64,000 nucleotides of DNA from Alphaproteobacteria bacterium (GTDB lineage: Bacteria > Pseudomonadota > Alphaproteobacteria > UBA7887). This document shows positions 57,837-64,000 of this stretch, one piece after another. Position numbers and translations under genes: made by a program. The notes under the pieces are model-generated. The model did not search any database and was not told where the DNA came from. It saw nothing but the letters and a program-made list of their open reading frames with translations. The stretch is taken from contig OZ241752.1 of assembly GCA_965201155.1 (NCBI GenBank), positions 719,047-783,046 on the forward strand, in the 5' to 3' direction. Each line of letters opens with the position of its first letter. Position 1 is the first letter of the stretch.

Positions 57837-58664
57837 ATGACGAACTACCTGGTGCAACCCGACCCGGGCGACCCGCGCCTCACCGAAGCGGTGCACGGTA
57901 TCGACCATGACGGCCGCCCCGTCGAAACGCGGGTGACGGTGGAACGACCGCTCACCCTGTTTTTGAACGACCAGGAAATCGTCACCATGATGACCATAGG
58001 CGACTATCCAGTGTATCTCGCCGTGGGGTTTCTCGCCAATCAGAACATGCTGGCACCCGACGACGACATCACCGCCGTCGACCATGATGACGATCTTGAC
58101 GTGGTAGTGGTGCGCACTGCGCGCGCCACGAATTACGAGGAAAAACTGAAACGCCGCATACAGACCTCCGGTTGCGCCCAGGGCACCGTTTTCGGCGACA
58201 TCATGCAGAGTTTCGAGGGGGCGCACCTGACCGGGGACACCCGCCTGCGCACCTCCTGGATCGCCGCGCTCGCCAAGAGCATCAACACCACTCCCAGCCT
58301 CTATCTCGAAGCCGGCGCGATTCACGGCTGCGTTCTCTGCTCCGGCGACAGGCCGCTCATCTACATGGAGGATGTCGGCCGGCACAATGCGGTGGACAAG
58401 ATTGCCGGATATATGCGGCTGCACGACGTTACCGCAGGCGACAAGATATTCTACACGACGGGGCGCCTGACCAGCGAGATGGTCATCAAGACCGTGCATA
58501 TGGGAATCCCGATTCTGATCTCCCGCTCGGGCTTCACGTCCTGGGGGGTCGAACTGGCGCGCACCGCCGGCCTGACACTGGTCGGGCGCGCGCGCGGCCG
58601 CCGCTTTCTCGTGCTTGCCGGAGATCACCGGCTGATCTTCGATACCGACCCGGAAACGGCATGA
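57837..58664 (+). CDS. fdhD: formate dehydrogenase accessory sulfurtransferase FdhD
   Basis: FdhD family with the conserved Cys-containing loop SGCAQGT. Confidence 0.9.
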   Translation: MTNYLVQPDPGDPRLTEAVHGIDHDGRPVETRVTVERPLTLFLNDQEIVTMMTIGDYPVYLAVGFLANQNMLAPDDDITAVDHDDDLDVVVVRTARATNYEEKLKRRIQTSGCAQGTVFGDIMQSFEGAHLTGDTRLRTSWIAALAKSINTTPSLYLEAGAIHGCVLCSGDRPLIYMEDVGRHNAVDKIAGYMRLHDVTAGDKIFYTTGRLTSEMVIKTVHMGIPILISRSGFTSWGVELARTAGLTLVGRARGRRFLVLAGDHRLIFDTDPETA

Positions 58665-59275
58665 ACCCGCCGGTGGTCGGCGTGCTGCTGGCGGGCGGCC
58701 GCGCCCGGCGCATGGGCGGGGGCGACAAATGCCTCCGGCCGCTGGGCGGGCGCCCGCTGCTGGAGCACATCATCGCGCGCGCCGGCCCGCAAGTGGCGCG
58801 GCTGATCATCAATGCGAATGACGATCCGGCGCGTTTCGCGGAATGGTCGCTGCCGGTCGTCGGCGACAGTGTCGGCGGCCGGCCGGGGCCGCTTGCCGGA
58901 GTACTGGCGGGAATGGACTGGGCCGCGGCCCACGCACCGAAGGCGCCCCTCATTGCCACCTTCGCGACCGACGCGCCGTTCCTCCCCGCCGACCTGGTGG
59001 CCGGGCTGGCGCGTCATGTCACGAAATCGCAGCCACTGGCGTGCGCCGTATCGGCGGGCCGGGCGCATCCCGTATTCGGCCTGTGGCCGGTGGCGCTGCG
59101 CGCGGACCTGCGCAAGGCGCTGACTGGAGAAGGCGTGCGCAAGGTCGACGTCTGGACTGCGCGTCACGGCCTCGCCGAGGTTGATTTTCCGTTTTCCCGA
59201 ATCGATCCCTTCTTCAACGTCAACCGGCCGGAGGACCTTGCGCGGGCGGAAGAGCTGCTCGCCGCCGGGGCGTGA
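58661..59275 (+). CDS. mobA: molybdenum cofactor guanylyltransferase MobA
   Basis: N-terminal motif VLLAGGRARRMGG.DK. The start ATG overlaps the fdhD stop. Confidence 0.85.
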   Translation: MNPPVVGVLLAGGRARRMGGGDKCLRPLGGRPLLEHIIARAGPQVARLIINANDDPARFAEWSLPVVGDSVGGRPGPLAGVLAGMDWAAAHAPKAPLIATFATDAPFLPADLVAGLARHVTKSQPLACAVSAGRAHPVFGLWPVALRADLRKALTGEGVRKVDVWTARHGLAEVDFPFSRIDPFFNVNRPEDLARAEELLAAGA

Positions 59276-59288
59276 GTTCCGCCGCTTG

Positions 59289-59927
59289 TCACTTGCGCGG
59301 AGACCATTGCGAGGGAAGCAGGAGCGTCGATGTCATGGTCTCGATCGCCGGCACGTTCGCGGCGAGGAAAGCCCCCCAATCCGGGTCGGCCTGTGACGCC
59401 GCGCGCGCTTCCCGGCGCGCCTTGAAACTGGAATAGGCCCACAGATGCAGCACTTCATTGGGGTCGGGCGCCTGGCTCACCCATACGCCGATATTCCGTG
59501 AATAGCGTTCGCGTGCCGGCATGGCCTCGACCATCGCCTGCGCCCATCCGGCAGCGTGGCCGGGCGCCACGCGGTAAATCCGCAACTCATAGATATTGCC
59601 CTCGCCGTCGGGCGCCTGCATGTCGCGCGCCGGGGTGAGGATGCGCACATGCTGCGAGAGAATGTGCGGGCGGATCAGCGGCACATATTCGTTGCGCCAT
59701 GCTTCCAGCTTGCCCAGTTCGCCGCGCAGCCGGTCCATCTCCGCAATACTGTCATAGCGCCACAGATGGACATACTGGTTGAGCGCGCCGATTTCGCTGG
59801 AAAAATGGCCTTCCAGTACGCCGTACTTGTCGCCTTCGCGAATGCGCCGTGCGACCGTGCCCGAGGCTTCGAGCACCTTGCCGACGGTTCCTGCCTTGCA
59901 AGTGTAGATGCGGAGTTGATGGATCAT
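59289..59927 (-). CDS. NIPSNAP-family protein (duplicated dimeric alpha/beta barrel)
   Basis: 212 aa from MIHQLRIY with two NIPSNAP-like halves (YELRIY repeated). The ORF-track N-terminal extension looks non-coding. Confidence 0.7.
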   Translation of the reverse strand: MIHQLRIYTCKAGTVGKVLEASGTVARRIREGDKYGVLEGHFSSEIGALNQYVHLWRYDSIAEMDRLRGELGKLEAWRNEYVPLIRPHILSQHVRILTPARDMQAPDGEGNIYELRIYRVAPGHAAGWAQAMVEAMPARERYSRNIGVWVSQAPDPNEVLHLWAYSSFKARREARAASQADPDWGAFLAANVPAIETMTSTLLLPSQWSPRK

Positions 59928-60384
59928 GTTTTCTCCTCCGGCGCCGCGTTCGTGCGCGGGCGGATACGTTGCCATATGCCATCGGCGGTCACTGCAAGAA
60001 CGCCGTCGGCGGTGAGTTCGGCGCGCAGGAATATGGTGCGCTTGCCGGCTTTCAGCGCCCGGGCGCGGCCCTCCACCCAGGCGCCGACGCGGACCGGTCT
60101 CATGAACTGGGTGTTCAGCGACACGGTAGCCGAAATACTGTCGGCGGCGCGCGCCGCGATATTGCCGCACAGCGTGTCGGTGAACGCCATCAGCGCACCG
60201 CCGTGGGCCACGCCGTTGCGGTTGGCGTGCCGCTCCAGAACACGAAAGCCCATGATGAGGTCGAGCTGGCGGCCGGTAACGAAATAGGGTCCGATGCGTT
60301 CGCTGAAACGCCCGTCGCGGGCTTCATAGAGCTTGAAGCCGTGCGGCGGGCGGGCAATGGTGAAAGGGTCGTCGATCGTGTCCA
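59924..60384 (-). CDS. hotdog-fold acyl-CoA thioesterase (PaaI/YbgC-like)
   Basis: 153 aa. HGG motif (NGVAHGGALMAFTD) typical of PaaI-type thioesterases. Confidence 0.75.
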
Positions 60385-60446
60385 TGGCGCCTATGATAGC
60401 CGGGCCGGCGCGGCGCGTCAGGCAGTTGAACGGGGAGGGTGAGGAT

Positions 60447-61163
60447 ATGCTCGACGGAAAGATCGCCATCGTGACCGGCGGCGGCAGCGGTATCGGCAAG
60501 GCAATCGCACAGGCATTTGCCGGGGCCGGCGTGCGCGTGACCATTATCGGCCGCACACTGGAGAAGCTGGAACAGGCGGCGGCGGATATAAACGGCGCGG
60601 TCGATGCCGCAGCATGCGACATAACCGACGAAACGCAGGTGGAAGCGACATTCGACGCCGTGGTCGCGCGCTGCGGCCATATCGACATCCTCGTCAACAA
60701 TGCCGGCATGTCCGCGCCCGCCCCCACCGAAGACATCGAGGCGGCGCGGTGGCGTGAGGTGATCGAGGTCAATCTGACCGGCGCGTTCCTGTGTTCGCGC
60801 GCCGCGTTTCGCCGCATGATTCCGCGCAAATCCGGCCGCATCATCAATATCGGCAGCATTTCGGCGCAGATGTCGCGCCCCGACCAGGCATCCTACACGG
60901 CGAGCAAATTCGGCCTGGAAGGCCTCACGCGCTCGCTGGCACTGGATGGACGCGAGCACGGAATCGCCGCCGGAATCATCCATCCCGGCAATGTCGCCAC
61001 TGAACTCTGGCGCGGACGCGAGGAAGTGGCGCAGCGCGAGGGCCTGATCCCGCTCGCAGACCTCGGCCGCACCGCCGTCGCCATGGCCGGCATGGACCCG
61101 GCGGTCAACATGTTGAGCACTATTGTCTTGCCGGTGACACAGCCCTATATCGGGCGCGGCTGA
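60447..61163 (+). CDS. short-chain dehydrogenase/reductase
   Basis: TGGGSGIGKA cofactor motif, NNAG, and the catalytic S...Y..SK triad (YTASK). Confidence 0.85.
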   Translation: MLDGKIAIVTGGGSGIGKAIAQAFAGAGVRVTIIGRTLEKLEQAAADINGAVDAAACDITDETQVEATFDAVVARCGHIDILVNNAGMSAPAPTEDIEAARWREVIEVNLTGAFLCSRAAFRRMIPRKSGRIINIGSISAQMSRPDQASYTASKFGLEGLTRSLALDGREHGIAAGIIHPGNVATELWRGREEVAQREGLIPLADLGRTAVAMAGMDPAVNMLSTIVLPVTQPYIGRG

Positions 61164-61206
61164 GCAGGCGCAGCCCTTCGGGCGTCGCGAACTTGAGGAG
61201 ACGCCA

Positions 61207-62148
61207 ATGGCGCGGGCGCTGGTTTTCCCCGGTCAGGGGTCACAGAAAGTTGGGAGCGGAAAGGCATTGCATGATGCCTTCGCCGCCGCGCGCGAGGTAT
61301 TCCAGGAAGTGGACGACGCGCTCGGTGAACATCTCAGCCGGGTGATTTTTGAAGGCCCCGAGGACGTGCTCACCCTGACCGAAAACACCCAGCCCGCGCT
61401 GATGGCCGTCTCGCTCGCCGTTGTGCGTGTGCTGGAACGCGAGGCGGGAATCGCCCCGGCCGACCTCGGCGCCTGCGTTGCCGGCCATTCTTTGGGCGAA
61501 TATTCGGCGCTGGCCGCCGCCGGCGCCCTTGGCCTCGCCGACACGGCGCGCCTGCTGCGGCGGCGCGGACAGGCCATGCAGCAGGCCGTGCCAGTGGGCG
61601 ACGGCGCAATGATCGCCGTTCTCGGGCTGTCGCTGGAGGATGTCCGCGTCGTTGCCGAAGAGGCGTCAGAAGGCGAAGTATGCGAGATCGCCAACGATAA
61701 CGCGCCGGGACAGGTGGTGCTGTCGGGCGCAGCGGCGGCGGTATCCCGGGCGGCGGATGCAGCACGGGCGCGCGGCGCGCGGCGCGTGCTGCCCCTGCCG
61801 GTCAGCGCGCCCTTTCACTGCCGCCTGCTCGAACCGGCGGCAGAGGCGATGCGCGAGGCGCTGGCGGACATCACCCTGGCCGCCCCCACCCCGCCGCTGA
61901 TCGCCAATGTCACTGCGGAGCCGGTGCAGGAGCCTCACGCCATTCGCCGCCTGCTGGTGGAACAGGTGACAGCCACCGTGCGCTGGCGCGAAAGCGTCCT
62001 GAGAATGAAGGAACACGACGTAGATACGCTGGTCGAGTGCGGCGCGGGGAATGTGCTTGCCAATCTCACGCGGCGCATCGACCGCGGCATGACAGGGTTG
62101 TCGATGCTCGCTCCCGGCGATATCGAAGCGTTCACCGCGCGGCTGTGA
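61207..62148 (+). CDS. fabD: malonyl CoA-ACP transacylase
   Basis: GQGSQ plus active-site GHSLGEYSALAAAG. Position upstream of fabG-acpP-fabF. Confidence 0.95.
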   Translation: MARALVFPGQGSQKVGSGKALHDAFAAAREVFQEVDDALGEHLSRVIFEGPEDVLTLTENTQPALMAVSLAVVRVLEREAGIAPADLGACVAGHSLGEYSALAAAGALGLADTARLLRRRGQAMQQAVPVGDGAMIAVLGLSLEDVRVVAEEASEGEVCEIANDNAPGQVVLSGAAAAVSRAADAARARGARRVLPLPVSAPFHCRLLEPAAEAMREALADITLAAPTPPLIANVTAEPVQEPHAIRRLLVEQVTATVRWRESVLRMKEHDVDTLVECGAGNVLANLTRRIDRGMTGLSMLAPGDIEAFTARL

Positions 62149-62168
62149 GCATTTCGGGGGAGCGGGCG

Positions 62169-62906
62169 ATGTTCGATCTGACAGGCAAGGCGGCGCTCAT
62201 CACCGGCGCCTCCGGCGGTATAGGCAGCGCCGTCGCGCGCACACTGCACACTGCCGGCGCCGCGGTCGCGCTGTCCGGCACACGGCGCGAGCGCCTCGAT
62301 GCGCTGGCGGCAGAGCTTGGCGAGCGCAGCATCGCGCTGCCCTGCGACCTGGCCGACGGCGCTGCCGTTGCGGCCCTGGCGCGGGAAGCTGAATCAACGC
62401 TGGGGCAGCTTGATATCCTGGTGAACAATGCGGGCCTCACCCGTGACGGCCTGGCGCTGCGCATGAAGGATGCCGACTGGCAGCAGGTGATCGACATCAA
62501 CCTCACCGCCGCGTTTCGCCTCTCACGTGCAGCGTTGCGCGGCATGATGCGCCGCCGCCATGGCCGCATCATCAATGTCACATCGGTGGTCGGTGTTGCC
62601 GGCAATGCCGGGCAGGCGAACTACGCCGCCTCCAAGGCGGGGCTGATCGGCATGAGCAAGGCGCTGGCGGCGGAAGTCGCCGCCCGCGGCATCACCGTGA
62701 ACTGCCTCGCACCGGGCATGATCGACACCGCCATGACCCAGGCCCTGAACGAGGCGCAGCGCGCGCGCATCGTCGCGGAAATACCCGCCGGACACCTTGG
62801 CGCGGCGGGTGACATTGCGGCCGCCGCACTGTATCTGGCCTCCGACGAGGCCGCCTATGTCACCGGTCAGACCTTGCACGTCAATGGCGGCATGGTGATG
62901 GTGTAG
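62169..62906 (+). CDS. fabG: 3-oxoacyl-ACP reductase
   Basis: [16 protein letters not shown], and the catalytic Y..SK (NYAASKAG). Position between fabD and acpP. Confidence 0.95.
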   Translation: MFDLTGKAALITGASGGIGSAVARTLHTAGAAVALSGTRRERLDALAAELGERSIALPCDLADGAAVAALAREAESTLGQLDILVNNAGLTRDGLALRMKDADWQQVIDINLTAAFRLSRAALRGMMRRRHGRIINVTSVVGVAGNAGQANYAASKAGLIGMSKALAAEVAARGITVNCLAPGMIDTAMTQALNEAQRARIVAEIPAGHLGAAGDIAAAALYLASDEAAYVTGQTLHVNGGMVMV

Positions 62907-63057
62907 ACACCTCAAACCCGTGACCGACTCCCGCAGGCATTGCCGAAAGTCGCCGCGGGGATCATATAGCCACGAGGCAGCATCTGTGTTACCAACGGAC
63001 GGTAGCAACCGCGCTGCCCGGGCCAGCGCACCGTCAATAATTTACAGGAAACAAATG

Positions 63058-63300
63058 ATGAGTGAGGGCAATAACGTCGCCGCGCGAGTCAAGAAGATCG
63101 TCGTTGAACATTTGGGCATCGACGAGGCAAAGGTAACGGAAAGCGCAAGCCTGATGGATGACCTCGGCGCCGACAGTCTCGACGCCGTCGAGATGGTCAT
63201 GGCGTTCGAGGAGGAATTCGGCTGCGAAATCCCCGACGATGTCGCAGACAAGATCGTGACCGTGCAGGACGCGATCGACTTCATCAATCAGCAGGTCTGA
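63058..63300 (+). CDS. acpP: acyl carrier protein
   Basis: 80 aa with the phosphopantetheine attachment motif [10 protein letters not shown]. Confidence 0.95.
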   Translation: MSEGNNVAARVKKIVVEHLGIDEAKVTESASLMDDLGADSLDAVEMVMAFEEEFGCEIPDDVADKIVTVQDAIDFINQQV

Positions 63301-63331
63301 CCACGCCGGCGCCGAGAGACAGGATTCACGG

Positions 63332-64000
63332 ATGAGCGACCGCAAGCGCGTCGTCGTTACCGGGCTTGGTCTGGTCACGCCGCTTGCCAACGGCGTGCGG
63401 GCCAGCTGGCGCCGCCTCCTGAACGCGGAATCGGGTATTCGGCGCATCGACCGCGTCGATGTCTCCGACATGCCTTCGCAAATTGCGGGGCAGGTTCCCG
63501 ATGCCGATGCGGAGCACGGCTTCAACGCCGACAAGTACGTCCCGCCTCGCGAACAGCGCCGGATGGACAGGTTCATCCACTACACGATGGGCGCGGCGGC
63601 GCAAGCCGTCGAAGACGCCGATTGGGGCCCGTATGATTCCGAATCGCTGGAGCGCACGGGGGTTCTGATCGGGTCGGGAATCGGCGGCCTGCCCGGCATC
63701 GAGGCCGCCACGCTCACCCTCGCCGAAAAGGGCCCGCGGCGGGTCAGTCCCTTCTTCATCCCCTCCAGCCTCATCAATCTGGCTTCCGGCCAGGTGTCGA
63801 TCCGTTACGGCTTCAAGGGTCCCAATCACGCGGTGGTGACGGCGTGCTCCACCGGCGCCCACGCTATCGGCGATGCGGCGCGGCTGATTCAGGCCGGCGA
63901 CGCCGATGTTATGGTCGCCGGCGGCGCAGAATCCACCATCTCGCGCCTGTGCGTCGCCGGCTTCGCCGCTGCCCGGGCCCTGTCCACCGGCTTCAACGAC
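63332..64000 (+). CDS. fabF: 3-oxoacyl-ACP synthase II, N-terminal part (continues beyond the window)
   Basis: RVVVTGLGLVTPL N-terminus and KAS II family sequence. Position after acpP. Confidence 0.9.
   Translation, partial: MSDRKRVVVTGLGLVTPLANGVRASWRRLLNAESGIRRIDRVDVSDMPSQIAGQVPDADAEHGFNADKYVPPREQRRMDRFIHYTMGAAAQAVEDADWGPYDSESLERTGVLIGSGIGGLPGIEAATLTLAEKGPRRVSPFFIPSSLINLASGQVSIRYGFKGPNHAVVTACSTGAHAIGDAARLIQAGDADVMVAGGAESTISRLCVAGFAAARALSTGFND

Overview
This is a high-GC (~65%) alphaproteobacterial chromosomal segment, mostly conserved housekeeping genes. In order along the window:

- a MORN-repeat secreted protein, partial at the window edge;
- apt;
- the complete phosphate regulon block phoR-pstSCAB-phoU-phoB on the minus strand;
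- maeB and mutS;
- a six-gene minus-strand operon encoding a corrinoid-dependent methyltransferase system: URO-D/MtaA-family methyltransferase, B12-binding corrinoid protein, small Cys-rich ORF, RACo-type reductive activator, MtrH-like pterin-binding methyltransferase, and an upstream hypothetical gene;
- tRNA-Leu(CAG) and an RNase D-like exonuclease;
- the conserved kdsD-lptC-lptA-lptB-rpoN-hpf-ptsN-hprK cluster;
- a BMP-family nucleoside ABC transporter;
- dienelactone hydrolase, an FKBP-type isomerase, mtnP and aqpZ;
- a CDO-like cupin next to a multi-rhodanese protein;
- tRNA-Arg(CCG) on the minus strand;
- clpS and clpA, where clpA is frameshifted by a 4-bp tandem duplication;
- a variable, partly low-GC accessory stretch between clpS and hyuA (about 41.5-50.0 kb), described below;
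- hyuAB (hydantoinase A/B);
- an orphan beta-class DNA methyltransferase, an AsnB-like protein and a GT1 glycosyltransferase;
- fdhD-mobA, a NIPSNAP protein and a thioesterase;
- the fabD-fabG-acpP-fabF fatty-acid cluster, with fabF partial at the window end.

The accessory stretch contains:

- an IS5-family element with a TTAA target-site duplication, inserted into and splitting a 296-aa Fic/Doc-family gene;
- an adjacent PIN-domain toxin with a decayed AbrB/MazE-like upstream ORF;
- a Met-rich surface lipoprotein with a recent 231-bp tandem duplication and a TbpB-like C-terminal domain;
- osmC;
- uninterpretable gene remnants;
- a vapBC pair and a solitary HigA-like regulator.

The two items I rate most worth follow-up are the corrinoid methyltransferase operon, whose substrate is unknown and which is unusual for an aerobic alphaproteobacterium, and the Fic/Doc-PIN-IS5 islet together with the repeat lipoprotein.
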